The notes beneath the pieces are model-generated. The model did no database searches and had not been told where the DNA came from. It saw only the letters and a list, made by a program, of their open reading frames with translations. From IMG/VR virus record IMGVR_UViG_3300020166_000007: DNA of 32,896 nucleotides. The stretch is one strand, 5' to 3'. Numbering within the stretch: the stretch's first letter is position 1; each line of letters begins with the position of its first letter. Below, piece by piece: positions 1 through 8,913 of the stretch. Made by a program: the position numbers and the translations under genes. The DNA comes from a virus.

Positions 1-127
1 TAAATAATACAAACACAAAAATAGTTACAAATAATATGGATACAATTATGATTTTTTTAGCAATTATTATAGTGATTTCAGCGGTTGCAATAATTTTGGC
101 GTCACGTAAAATCCTCAAAGATGACAA
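1..127. repeat. Terminal direct repeat, copy 1. It is an exact duplicate of 32770..32896, so the unique circle is about 32,769 bp.
   Basis: Base-by-base comparison shows both copies read TAAATAATACAAACACAAAAATAGTTAC...CTCAAAGATGACAA. A 127-nt exact overlap fits a circular contig closed by an assembler end overlap, or a terminal redundancy. Confidence 0.95.
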
Positions 128-203
128 TGGAAATAAAATTCCAGACTGGCTAGAGGATAAATTTTCAGATATTAAAGAAGAGATTAAAAAATTAAAAAAA
201 TAA
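3..203 (+). CDS. 3' part of a junction-spanning ORF. With the circle closed it encodes an 83-aa single-pass membrane protein and forms part of the lysis cassette.
   Basis: The reading frame from ATG 32721 continues through the repeat to TAA 201..203. The product is MIKNVGNTGTVGNT...MDTIMIFLAIIIVISAVAIILASRKILKDD...KKLKK, with one hydrophobic helix. An internal ATG at 36 is an alternative start. The ORF track missed it because the contig end splits it. Confidence 0.5.
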   Translation, partial: NNTNTKIVTNNMDTIMIFLAIIIVISAVAIILASRKILKDDNGNKIPDWLEDKFSDIKEEIKKLKK

Positions 204-206
204 GCA

Positions 207-668
207 ATGAGATATATCAGCAAACATATCAGCTGGAGGGAGGCGAGTCACTCAGCGACAGCGGAGAAAAAAGAAATCGAAAACACACCGACAGAATCGG
301 CTGTGGTAAATATGAAAAAGCTTGCGAAAAATGTATTCGAGCCGCTCAGAGAATGGGCAAGCGAGCCAATTCGTGTGAATAGTTTTTATAGATCGCCAGA
401 TTTATGTGATGCAATAAGATCATCCAGGAACTCACAACATACTAAAGGTCAAGCTATAGATATTGACGCTACAGGTGAGAAAACAAACGCTGAATTATTT
501 CATTACATAAAAGACAACCTACCTTTTGACCAGTTAATATGGGAGTTTGGTGATGGTGAAAACCCAGACTGGATTCACGTATCTTATGTGGGACCATCTG
601 GTAATAGAGGCAATATTTTAAAGGCGGTTAAAAAAGGTAAAAAGACAAAATACGAGTTCTATGCTTAA
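207..668 (+). CDS. Endolysin, zinc peptidase M15 family (VanY / D-Ala-D-Ala carboxypeptidase-like)
   Basis: 153-aa ORF. The motifs SFYRSPDLCDAI..NSQHTKGQAIDID and DWIHVSY give the H-x6-D...H metal-ligand pattern of M15 peptidoglycan peptidases. The gene is flanked by small membrane-protein genes. Confidence 0.8.
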   Translation: MRYISKHISWREASHSATAEKKEIENTPTESAVVNMKKLAKNVFEPLREWASEPIRVNSFYRSPDLCDAIRSSRNSQHTKGQAIDIDATGEKTNAELFHYIKDNLPFDQLIWEFGDGENPDWIHVSYVGPSGNRGNILKAVKKGKKTKYEFYA

Positions 669-1035
669 AATGTTATTATCTCTTTTAGGAAAAGGTGACA
701 GCGGTAAATCAAATATCGGTGGTTTAGCTTTGGATATAAGAGAGGCAATAAAAGGCAAAGAGATGGATCCTCAGCGCCTTATAGAACTCCAGGCAGAGAT
801 TAATAAAGTAGAGGCTCAGAGTCGACATTGGTTTGTTTCGGCTTGGAGACCTTTTATAGGATGGATTTGCGGTTTAGCTTTTGGATTTCATTACATAGTG
901 ATGCCGCTGCTTATATCTTATACTGACATTAATCCTCCAGAGTTTGATACCAATAGTCTTTTTACTGTACTTATGGGGATGCTAGGTTTGGGCGGATTAA
1001 GAACATACGAGAAATTAAAAGATAAAACTAAATAA
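661..1035 (+). CDS. Holin candidate, resembling the GTA-type 3-TM holin family
   Basis: 124 aa, overlapping the endolysin stop by 8 nt. Hydrophobic segments WRPFIGWICGLAFGFHYIVMPLLI and LFTVLMGMLGLGGL are followed by RTYEK. The resemblance to the GTA holin family is from memory. Confidence 0.55.
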   Translation: MLKMLLSLLGKGDSGKSNIGGLALDIREAIKGKEMDPQRLIELQAEINKVEAQSRHWFVSAWRPFIGWICGLAFGFHYIVMPLLISYTDINPPEFDTNSLFTVLMGMLGLGGLRTYEKLKDKTK

Positions 1036-1313
1036 TGGCAACAAAACAACTTTATAGCGCTAACCTTTTTCATAGGATGTCATTCGGTGATTTTGGTTTT
1101 AGGCATTTAGGACCAGGAGAGACTTCAGTAAGTGGAGAGCGGTTTTGTTTAATTGAGGCGCTTAATAATACTAACGTGGATTTTACAAATAATACCACTG
1201 GAGGGGATACCACTTTGACCGGTTTAGTTTTAAAAGATTTTCACAGCGTAAGGGGGGATATTACTGATATAACTGTAAACAGCGGTTACGTAATTGCATA
1301 CCTTAGAAATTGA
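1035..1313 (+). CDS. Hypothetical protein (92 aa)
   Basis: ORF coupled to the upstream gene by a TAATG overlap. No recognisable motif. Confidence 0.5.
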   Translation: MATKQLYSANLFHRMSFGDFGFRHLGPGETSVSGERFCLIEALNNTNVDFTNNTTGGDTTLTGLVLKDFHSVRGDITDITVNSGYVIAYLRN

Positions 1314-1314
1314 T

Positions 1315-1322
1315 TAAATTTG
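1315..1322 (+). promoter_or_regulatory. Bacteroidota-type -7 promoter box, TAAATTTG
   Basis: Matches TAnnTTTG and lies 14 nt upstream of ATG 1337. The box plus leader, TAAATTTGTAGAAAATAAATAGATGGCTACA, is almost identical to the one at 5129. Confidence 0.45.
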
Positions 1323-1336
1323 TAGAAAATAAATAG

Positions 1337-4018
1337 ATGGCTACATTCACTGGAAATAAAATAAAAGATACCTATCAATCAATAGTAAAAGCTATTGACA
1401 ATCTTGAGGTGGGTGCAACTGATAAAATTTTAACCGATGGAGTTGGTAATGAGTTAGGGCTTCACGTAAATACAGAGGGTGATTTTAGAATCGAGGGTGA
1501 TCTCAGAATCGATGGAGCAATAAAAGATTCTTTAAACTCGCCAGGAACTACAGGGCAACTTTTAAAAAGTACGCTAACAGGAACTGACTGGGTTGATGTT
1601 TCTAGCCTAGCAGTTACATCCTTAACAGCTACCACTGGAATAGATGCTGATTTCAGCCAGGGCGATGTGACCATCTCATTAAATACAGAAGGTTTTCAGG
1701 ATATTATAGGAGCTATGGTTTCTGGAAATACGGAAACAAATATTACAGTAACCTATGACGACGTTAATGGAAAATTAAATTTTTCAGTTGATGACTTAGG
1801 CGAGGTTTATACAGCCGATGGATCTACAATAGCTTTAAATTTATCAAATCAATTTAGTATTCCAAATGGAGGGATAGGCACCGATCAAATCGCTGACAGG
1901 TCTATCACAAATGATAAAATAGCTTATCAGTCAATTGGACCAAATGAGATGAAGATAGGCGGTGACATTGGTAGTTCAGGCGAAGTATTGACCTCAAATG
2001 GTGATGGGAACTTTTCCTTTCAAACTTCCGTTTCTAGTATTACAACTGATGGCATAATAGTAGCGGATGACAGTACAGGAGACATAGAGCTCTCAATTGG
2101 ACTGGCAACAATTACTACTTTTCAATTAGTAGATGATGCCATTACAAGCGTTAAAATAGCCGCTAATACAATTGGACCTAGAGAATTAAAAATTGATACA
2201 AACGGAAATGCAAACCAGGCGATAGTATCCGATGGCGATGGTACTTTTTCTTATTCAAATATAGTTAGTTCAATATCAACTGACTCAGTTTTGAGCGCAG
2301 ATGTTTCCATTGGAGCTGTAACAATCTCTTTAAATAATAACTCAATCACTACTGATCAGCTAGATTTATCTGGTTACGGCACGCCTGGTCAAATGCTTAT
2401 CTCTGACGGAGACGGCTCATTTTCCTGGACAAACGCTCCTGGAGTAGATGGCGAAACTAGTGTCAATGTAGATATAACTACAGTCACACAAACTGGCGAT
2501 AATTCAGCCAATACTGTAACTCTCCCTGTATCAATGTCAGATGAGAACGATATAATGGTTTACTTGGATGGGGTTTACCAGACAAAAGATAATTTTTCTG
2601 TAAGCGGCACAACTTTAACACTTGTTGATACTCCAGCAACTGGAGTCGCTATCGAAGTAGTATTATTCACATCTACAAGCGTTACATTAGTGGGCGGATC
2701 TGGATCAGTGAATCATTTACCAATTTTCACACAATCGACAGAGGTTGGCTCTTCTAGTGTTTCTGAGGCTAATGAAATTTTAGATATTGATTTAACTGGT
2801 GCCCTAACTATTCCAATAGGTACAACGTTAGAGCAACCAGCAACGCCTGGAGTTGGGATGATTAGATATAATTCTACATTAACAAAATACGAGCTTTATA
2901 ATGGCTCTGCATTTGTAGATTTACAAAACGTTTACACCGCTGGGAATGGTATCTCAGTGGCTAATAATATTTTTACAGTTGCGGCTGGTAGCGGATTAAC
3001 TCAAGACACTAGTGGACTGAGTCACGATGACACCTCTACACAATCATCAATAACTGCAAGCTCTAGGACTTACGTTACAGGCGTAACTCTAGATACTTTT
3101 GGGCACGTTACTGGATTAACTACAGGGACTGAAACTGTAACATCAAACACCTATACTAATGGCTCTGGATTGACGCTTTCTGCTAATGAGTTTAGTCACG
3201 CAAATACTTCAGATGCCTCCTCTGTAAGTGCCTCAACAAGAAGATATATTAAGTCAGTAACTTTAGATCAATTTGGTCACGTTACGGCACTAACTACAGG
3301 AACCGAAACTGTCACAGATACAACGTACAGCGCCACTGGAAATGGTCTGGATTTGGCTGGGACTGAATTTAGTCACTCCGACACTTCTACGCTGTCAGAT
3401 ACTGTAAATTCTGGCAGAACGTATATTCAAAACGTGACAGTAGATGAGTTTGGACATTTGACTGGAGTAACTACAGCAACTGAGACCGCTGGAGAGGGTT
3501 CTATTTATACCGCTGGAAATGGTTTAGAATTATCTCAATCAAATGAGTTTAGAATAAGCGAGGATATATATGGAATCAGGATAATAGGTACTGGCGATCA
3601 ATCTAATTTTATTTACTTTTTAGAGGATAATTCTATTCAGTTTTTTGTAAATGGTCAGTATATAACTAAAATGGAATCGGATGGCGATTTGCACGTTGAT
3701 GGCGATGTGATAGCTTTCTCTAGCTCAACCTCTTCAGATGAGCGCCTAAAAGACAATATTAAAACAATTGAAAACGCCTCAGATAAAATAAAACAACTAA
3801 AAGGAGTTGAGTTTACTTGGAAAAAGAACGGAAAAAATGGAGGCGGAGTAATTGCCCAGGATGTCGAGAAAGTACTTCCAGGAGCCGTTAAAGAGGTTAA
3901 TTCACTAAATGGTGAGCAAACATATAAAACAGTTGATTACAATGCTGTAATAGGGCTCCTAATTGAAACTAACAAAGAACTTTTAAAGCGTATTGAGCAA
4001 CTTGAAAATAAAAAATAA
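1337..4018 (+). CDS. Tail fibre 1 with a C-terminal S74 intramolecular chaperone (endosialidase-chaperone) domain
   Basis: 893 aa. The N-terminal half carries repeated G(Q/E)xLxSDGDGxFS(W/F/Y) motifs. The middle has three tandem repeats of about 58 aa. The C-terminus, SSDERLKDNIKTI...GVEFTWKK...GVIAQDVEKVLPGAV...YNAVIGLLIE...IEQLE, is the classic autocleaving chaperone signature. Confidence 0.85.
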   Translation: MATFTGNKIKDTYQSIVKAIDNLEVGATDKILTDGVGNELGLHVNTEGDFRIEGDLRIDGAIKDSLNSPGTTGQLLKSTLTGTDWVDVSSLAVTSLTATTGIDADFSQGDVTISLNTEGFQDIIGAMVSGNTETNITVTYDDVNGKLNFSVDDLGEVYTADGSTIALNLSNQFSIPNGGIGTDQIADRSITNDKIAYQSIGPNEMKIGGDIGSSGEVLTSNGDGNFSFQTSVSSITTDGIIVADDSTGDIELSIGLATITTFQLVDDAITSVKIAANTIGPRELKIDTNGNANQAIVSDGDGTFSYSNIVSSISTDSVLSADVSIGAVTISLNNNSITTDQLDLSGYGTPGQMLISDGDGSFSWTNAPGVDGETSVNVDITTVTQTGDNSANTVTLPVSMSDENDIMVYLDGVYQTKDNFSVSGTTLTLVDTPATGVAIEVVLFTSTSVTLVGGSGSVNHLPIFTQSTEVGSSSVSEANEILDIDLTGALTIPIGTTLEQPATPGVGMIRYNSTLTKYELYNGSAFVDLQNVYTAGNGISVANNIFTVAAGSGLTQDTSGLSHDDTSTQSSITASSRTYVTGVTLDTFGHVTGLTTGTETVTSNTYTNGSGLTLSANEFSHANTSDASSVSASTRRYIKSVTLDQFGHVTALTTGTETVTDTTYSATGNGLDLAGTEFSHSDTSTLSDTVNSGRTYIQNVTVDEFGHLTGVTTATETAGEGSIYTAGNGLELSQSNEFRISEDIYGIRIIGTGDQSNFIYFLEDNSIQFFVNGQYITKMESDGDLHVDGDVIAFSSSTSSDERLKDNIKTIENASDKIKQLKGVEFTWKKNGKNGGGVIAQDVEKVLPGAVKEVNSLNGEQTYKTVDYNAVIGLLIETNKELLKRIEQLENKK
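3020..3550 (+). repeat. Three in-frame tandem repeats of 58-60 codons within tail fibre 1
   Basis: Units start at 3020, 3194 and 3371. Each reads SHxDTS...S.R.Y(V/I)..VT(L/V)D.FGH(V/L)T(G/A)(L/V)TT(G/A)TET...Y(T/S).(G/N)GL.L...EF. Confidence 0.8.
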
Positions 4019-5121
4019 TGGCATTACCTACTAGCGGAAGTTTGAGTTTATCTGAAATCGCTACGGAATATGGTGTCGCTCAGGCTAATATTTCTTTAGC
4101 AACTATGTCAACGAATATTAGTTTAACAGCGCCACACGCTGTAAGTGAATTTTATGGCTTGTCATCTGGTCCAGCTTATACACCTTTAACTTATTCAGTT
4201 GTTGAGCAGGGCGGAACCTACACGCCTTTTAGGGTTTATTACAACAATAGTCGCTGGTTTGTTACTACTTCAAACGATAATCAATTTGATATTTCTGACA
4301 ACAACGCTACTTCATTTTCCCAGGGCGCTGTTTATTTGAAAAAGAATGCGGCTTTAGCTTTTAATGGAAATACTGTTTGCAGTATTGACTTATCGGATAA
4401 TGCTGGTGATTTTAGGATTAGTAGATCCACAAATAATGGCACGAGCTGGAGTACAATTTTCACCGATGTCGATGGGAATTTTAGTTCAAATTTAGATAAT
4501 ATCCATATTTTTTACCAGGGCAGTAATCGCTGGGTTGCATTTTCGGATTACACGACTTATATTTCTACAGATAATGGAGCTAGTTGGTCATTTAGTTTAG
4601 GCAGTCCTAGTGTTTCTGGAAATGGCGGAGGCGCTCAATCTGGATCAAGAATTATAATAAATGACAACGCAAATTTCTACGTTTCAGATAATGGCTTTGC
4701 TACAAAAACAGTGATTAGTTTACCTTTTGTAAATGGATCTAAATACGCCCCTAATAACATAGCAACAAACGGCTCAGGAACGTGGCTGGCTTGGAAATAT
4801 ATACCGCTAGGCAGGATGTTAAAGTCTACTAATAATGGAAGCACCTGGAGCGCCATAACTACGGATTTACCAAGTTATGAAAATGGAACTACGATAAAAT
4901 ATAACCAGGGAACCTATGGGGATAGCAAGTTTTTTATAGCTGCTAGCGCCTACGCTGGAAATTTAATTGGAGGGGTTTATAGTTCAGGAAATAACGGATC
5001 TAATTTTAACGCAAATCCATTAGTTGGAAGCCCCACAACAAACAAGGGAGCAATAGGAGTGCATCATAATGGTACAGATTTAGTTGCGGCTGGTCAATAT
5101 GATAACTATAAAATCAATTAA
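4018..5121 (+). CDS. BNR/Asp-box beta-propeller protein (sialidase-like fold), probably a tail-associated receptor-binding or glycan-degrading protein
   Basis: 367 aa. Asp-box motifs (S-x-D/N-x-G-x-x-W) recur: STNNGTSWS, STDNGASWS, STNNGSTWS, plus degenerate SDNGFAT and GNNGSNF. The gene lies between the two fibre genes and is coupled by TAATG. Confidence 0.65.
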   Translation: MALPTSGSLSLSEIATEYGVAQANISLATMSTNISLTAPHAVSEFYGLSSGPAYTPLTYSVVEQGGTYTPFRVYYNNSRWFVTTSNDNQFDISDNNATSFSQGAVYLKKNAALAFNGNTVCSIDLSDNAGDFRISRSTNNGTSWSTIFTDVDGNFSSNLDNIHIFYQGSNRWVAFSDYTTYISTDNGASWSFSLGSPSVSGNGGGAQSGSRIIINDNANFYVSDNGFATKTVISLPFVNGSKYAPNNIATNGSGTWLAWKYIPLGRMLKSTNNGSTWSAITTDLPSYENGTTIKYNQGTYGDSKFFIAASAYAGNLIGGVYSSGNNGSNFNANPLVGSPTTNKGAIGVHHNGTDLVAAGQYDNYKIN

Positions 5122-5128
5122 AAAACCT

Positions 5129-5136
5129 TAATTTTG
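5129..5136 (+). promoter_or_regulatory. Bacteroidota-type -7 promoter box, TAATTTTG (TTTGTATAA class)
   Basis: Matches TAnnTTTG and is followed by TATAAAATAAAATA and ATG 5151. Same architecture as 1315, 8461, 20494 and 23429. Confidence 0.45.
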
Positions 5137-5150
5137 TATAAAATAAAATA

Positions 5151-7640
5151 ATGGCTACAACTCAAGTTTCAACCTCGGTATTAAAAGATGGATCAGTAAC
5201 CTCAGCAAAGCTGGATACTAATATAGCTATTACAGGAAATTTAATAGTAGACACAAACACTTTATACGTTGATAGTGCTGACAATAGAGTAGGAATAGGG
5301 ACTACGAGTCCAAGCACACGACTTCACGTTTACGAATCTACCGCTTTAGACCATATTACTATTGATGGTAATGCGGGGGATAATAGAAATTTAAGATTTG
5401 CAACTGAAGATAGCACAAGATGGAATATTTATGCAACAAGTTCTGCTGAAGTTGGTTCTAATGCAGGAAGTGATTTATCATTTACAAGATATTCGGATGC
5501 AGGAGGTTTTTTAAGCGCTGCTATGTTAATACAAAGAAGCTCTGGCAACGTAGGAATAGGTACTTCGAGTCCTGCTGAAAAACTATCTGTGCAAGGAGCA
5601 ATTATAAGCACAGGCGGAATAACAGGACACGGAGCAAATAGAGCAACATTATCTCAAGAGGGAGCAAACGGAGCATTTTTACAATCTTATGGAGCAAATA
5701 CTTCAACTTACGGCTCTTTTCAATTTAGACAGGCAAGTAGTGATTTTAGCTTAGTAAGAACACCCTTAATTATTAATTCAAGTGGCAACGTAGGAATAGG
5801 GACTACGAGTCCTAGTGCTAAGATTGATTTAGTCGGCGGAGATATTACAGGGGGTTTAAAAATATCAGCAGATAAAGTAACATCAGCATTTTTTGCTTTT
5901 GGTGCTGACGCAAATGAAACAAGAATAACTAGCACATCTTATGGGGGTTATAAGCCTTTAACTATCCATACTGGAGGTTCTGAAAGTATGCGTATTGATT
6001 CTAGTGGGGTGGTACAAGTGCGTAATCAAACTCCTACTGTTCAGCTTTATAATACTGATGCTTCTTTAGTTGCAAACCAAATAATTGGGGATATTGACTT
6101 TTATCAATCAGACCCAAGCGGTGTTGGTGTAGGTGTTGTTGGTAAAATAAGAAGTATAAATGATAGTAGTTTTCAAGGAGAAGCAAGTTTAACTTTTCAC
6201 ACAGGCACATCAACATCTTTAACAGAACGTATGCGTATTACTTCCAGTGGCAACATTGGGATAAATGAAACAAATCCACTTGCTGAGTTACACGTCACAG
6301 GAAGTATTAGAAGTGTTATAAATTCAACCGCAGGGGGAAATACTTTTATCGGTGCTATAAATGGTGTTAGTAATGGTCACGCAATATCAACAGACACAAG
6401 TAACAATATTACCTACAGTTGGAATACAGGAACTAATGCTCGTGCTTTGACCATTAGCCCTAGTGGCGACGTAGGAATAGGGACTGATAGTCCTGCTACT
6501 ACGCTCGAAGTATCAACTATAGGAACAGGAAATAGCGAAGGGCAAGTTTTAGCTGAAACACAAGGTGCAAATGGTAACGCAGGATATGGCTTTAGAACCA
6601 ATGGAACTACAAGATGGACTATAGTTACAATAGGAACGGATGGAGCTAATGATTTACGTTTTTATAATGTTGATAACAGTGCAGAACGAATGCGCATTAC
6701 AAGTGCAGGTGCTATTCACTTATCACAAGGTTCGGGTAATGCTTTTGTAGGTACTAATGCAGGTAATTTAGGAACTTCTACAGGGACTAATAATAGTGCG
6801 TTTGGAGAAAGTGCTTTAAGGAGTAACACTACGGGAGGCGCTAACACCGCTGTCGGCAGATTTTCTTTAGATGCTAACACTACAGGAGCAAATAATACGG
6901 CTAACGGCTATGCTACTTTATATGCTAACACTACAGGACTACGTAATACGGCTAGCGGATACTCTGCTTTATTTAATAACACTGAGGGAAATTACAATAC
7001 AGCTACTGGTTATACGGCTTTATATAATAACACTACAGGAAGCTATAACACAGCCACTGGATATGGTGGATTAAATAATAACACTACAGGTGGTTTTAAC
7101 ACAGCTACTGGAAGAAATGCTTTATTTGCTAACACTACAGGAGATCAAAATACTGCTTGCGGATACGCTGCTTTAGGTAATAACACTACAGGAAGTAATA
7201 ACACTGGAATAGGTTATGGTGCCCAATTATCCTCTGCTATTGCAAGTAATGAAGTTATACTTGGAAACAGCAGTGTCACTACTTTAAGATGTAACACTCA
7301 AACAATATCCACTTTGTCAGATATAAGAGACAAGAAAGATATTAAAGAATTACAGGGTGCTGAAGCATTTATAAAAGAATTAAAACCAGTATCTTTTGTT
7401 TGGAATCAAAGAGATGGCGGAAGGGTTGATATTGATGACAACGGATTTATTGCACAAGATTTAATTGAAGCACAAGAAAAATCAGGTCATAAAATACCTA
7501 ACTTAGTTTTAGAAAATAATCCTGAAAAACTAGAAGCAGCTTATGGAGCTATGCTACCAAGTATGGTTTCCGCTTTACAGTCTGCATTAAAAGAAATTGA
7601 TTTATTAAAAACTGAAATAGAAACATTAAAAAATAAATAA
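5151..7640 (+). CDS. Tail fibre 2 with a C-terminal S74 intramolecular chaperone domain and YadA/Hep_Hag-like repeats
   Basis: 829 aa. There are five (N/R/D)(V/I)GIGT.SP..(K/R)L.V modules. About nine NTTGxxNTAxGYxAL repeats follow. The C-terminus reads LSDIRDKKDIKEL...FVWNQ...GFIAQDLIE...AYGAMLPSMV...LKTEIETLK. Confidence 0.85.
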   Translation: MATTQVSTSVLKDGSVTSAKLDTNIAITGNLIVDTNTLYVDSADNRVGIGTTSPSTRLHVYESTALDHITIDGNAGDNRNLRFATEDSTRWNIYATSSAEVGSNAGSDLSFTRYSDAGGFLSAAMLIQRSSGNVGIGTSSPAEKLSVQGAIISTGGITGHGANRATLSQEGANGAFLQSYGANTSTYGSFQFRQASSDFSLVRTPLIINSSGNVGIGTTSPSAKIDLVGGDITGGLKISADKVTSAFFAFGADANETRITSTSYGGYKPLTIHTGGSESMRIDSSGVVQVRNQTPTVQLYNTDASLVANQIIGDIDFYQSDPSGVGVGVVGKIRSINDSSFQGEASLTFHTGTSTSLTERMRITSSGNIGINETNPLAELHVTGSIRSVINSTAGGNTFIGAINGVSNGHAISTDTSNNITYSWNTGTNARALTISPSGDVGIGTDSPATTLEVSTIGTGNSEGQVLAETQGANGNAGYGFRTNGTTRWTIVTIGTDGANDLRFYNVDNSAERMRITSAGAIHLSQGSGNAFVGTNAGNLGTSTGTNNSAFGESALRSNTTGGANTAVGRFSLDANTTGANNTANGYATLYANTTGLRNTASGYSALFNNTEGNYNTATGYTALYNNTTGSYNTATGYGGLNNNTTGGFNTATGRNALFANTTGDQNTACGYAALGNNTTGSNNTGIGYGAQLSSAIASNEVILGNSSVTTLRCNTQTISTLSDIRDKKDIKELQGAEAFIKELKPVSFVWNQRDGGRVDIDDNGFIAQDLIEAQEKSGHKIPNLVLENNPEKLEAAYGAMLPSMVSALQSALKEIDLLKTEIETLKNK
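6775..7235 (+). repeat. Tandem 16-17-codon repeats (NTTG..NTA.GY.AL) inside tail fibre 2
   Basis: GCTAACACTACAGGAG and AATAACACTACAGGA recur about every 51 nt. These repeats also create the spurious alternate-frame ORF 6871..7074. Confidence 0.75.
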
Positions 7641-7642
7641 AA

Positions 7643-7852
7643 ATGGAAATTACAGAACAAAACGTATCGGCACTTTATGATTCAGTTAATTTGATTAACG
7701 AATTACAGGCTATTGAATCCCCTACAGAAGAACAAACGGAAACAATAGAGCGAAATACTAAACACCTTGAAATAATGATGGGTAAAGAAGATTTTGTTGC
7801 TTTACTTACAGAGGCGCAGATAACAGAAATTAATCAACTAATAACAGAATAA
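7643..7852 (+). CDS. Hypothetical acidic protein (69 aa)
   Basis: ORF packed tightly after fibre 2. No motif recognised. Confidence 0.45.
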   Translation: MEITEQNVSALYDSVNLINELQAIESPTEEQTETIERNTKHLEIMMGKEDFVALLTEAQITEINQLITE

Positions 7853-8172
7853 TGACTTACACTTGGAATAACAAAACAGTTGACACTTATCCTACACTAG
7901 AGGGTAATAATGATGTAATCTTTAATGTACACTGGAGACTTACAGGACAGGATGAAAATGGAAACGTAGGTAGTACTTACGGAACTCAATCTTTAGAAAC
8001 CTCAGACCTTTCTAATTTTACAGCATTTGCTGATATTACAGAAGAAGATATTAATGGATGGGTTGAGACAGCATTAGGAGAAGAAAAAGTTACTGGATTA
8101 AAAGCTAGTATAGATGCTCAAATTGCAGAGCAAGTAAACCCTACAGTAGTAACGAAAACTATTGGAGAATAA
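7852..8172 (+). CDS. Hypothetical protein (106 aa)
   Basis: ORF coupled by TAATG. No motif recognised. Confidence 0.5.
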   Translation: MTYTWNNKTVDTYPTLEGNNDVIFNVHWRLTGQDENGNVGSTYGTQSLETSDLSNFTAFADITEEDINGWVETALGEEKVTGLKASIDAQIAEQVNPTVVTKTIGE

Positions 8173-8204
8173 AAATAATTAACTAACCTTTAAATTTAAC
8201 TAAA

Positions 8205-8447
8205 ATGGCAAAACAAGAAAAAAACACCATTACAATTGACGGAGTAGAACACAATTTCGAAGATTTAAACCAGGAGCAGCAAACCATAATAAATCATATT
8301 GCTGACCTAGAGAGAAAAATTAACGGATCTCAATTTAACTTACAACAACTAGAATTTGGAAAAGCTGCCTTTATAAAAGCATTAAAAGAAAGTATGGAAA
8401 ATGAAGCTGGCGAAGTTGATGGCGTTGCTGAAGAGATCAAATCATAA
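8205..8447 (+). CDS. Hypothetical protein (80 aa)
   Basis: ORF with a predicted helical, acidic product. No motif recognised. Confidence 0.5.
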   Translation: MAKQEKNTITIDGVEHNFEDLNQEQQTIINHIADLERKINGSQFNLQQLEFGKAAFIKALKESMENEAGEVDGVAEEIKS

Positions 8448-8460
8448 ATAATAAAATAAC

Positions 8461-8468
8461 TATATTTG
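8461..8468 (+). promoter_or_regulatory. Bacteroidota-type -7 promoter box, TATATTTG (TTTGTATAA class)
   Basis: Matches TAnnTTTG and is followed by TATAAAATTTATAACTA and ATG 8486. Confidence 0.45.
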
Positions 8469-8485
8469 TATAAAATTTATAACTA

Positions 8486-8896
8486 ATGGCGACTACAGGA
8501 GTATTCAACGGAACTAACCTAATATTGAAGATTGAGGACACAGCACTAGGACACACAACTAGCTGCTCATTATCCCTAAGTAATGACTTACCAGAGGCGA
8601 CTACTAAAGACAGTAGCGGATTCCAGGAGGTTATTGCTGGAGTAATGTCTGGAGAACTTTCATTTGATGGATTAGTGGCTTATGATGACACTGCCAATGG
8701 TATAGAATTAGCTGACTACTTACTAGGTAGGACTCAACTTACTTGCGTTTTTGGAACAGAGGTAACTGGCGACGCTGTTTACACCGCTGAGGGATTCCTT
8801 AGCTCTGTAGAAATGAGCGCTGAAATGGAGTCACCAGTAAGCTACAGCGGATCTATCACATTGACAGGAGCGATCACTAAGTCTATCAACGCTTAA
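8486..8896 (+). CDS. Major tail (tube) protein, siphovirus type
   Basis: 136 aa. The sequence MATTGVFNGTNLILKI...ATTKDSSGFQEVIAGVMSGELSFDGLV resembles the TP901-1/phi13-like major tail family. It sits immediately upstream of the chaperone and tape-measure genes. Confidence 0.65.
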   Translation: MATTGVFNGTNLILKIEDTALGHTTSCSLSLSNDLPEATTKDSSGFQEVIAGVMSGELSFDGLVAYDDTANGIELADYLLGRTQLTCVFGTEVTGDAVYTAEGFLSSVEMSAEMESPVSYSGSITLTGAITKSINA

Positions 8897-8913
8897 TATA
8901 AAGCAACTACATT

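Noticed and set aside
1-127. The 127-bp repeat as a genuine physical direct terminal repeat of the virion DNA.
   Set aside because: This cannot be excluded, but the length equals a common assembler maximum k-mer and the repeat falls in the middle of a coding sequence. An assembly overlap of a circular or permuted genome is the simpler reading.
6871-7074. A + strand alternate-frame ORF (67 aa) inside tail fibre 2.
   Set aside because: It is produced by the 51-nt tandem repeats, and its product is itself a repetitive LTLQE.. string. The fibre frame carries the recognisable NTTG/NTA.G repeat and continues into the S74 domain.
3020-7235. Repeats in the fibre genes as template and variable repeats of a diversity-generating retroelement.
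   Set aside because: There is no reverse transcriptase gene and no non-coding template copy anywhere in the genome. The repeats are in-frame structural duplications.
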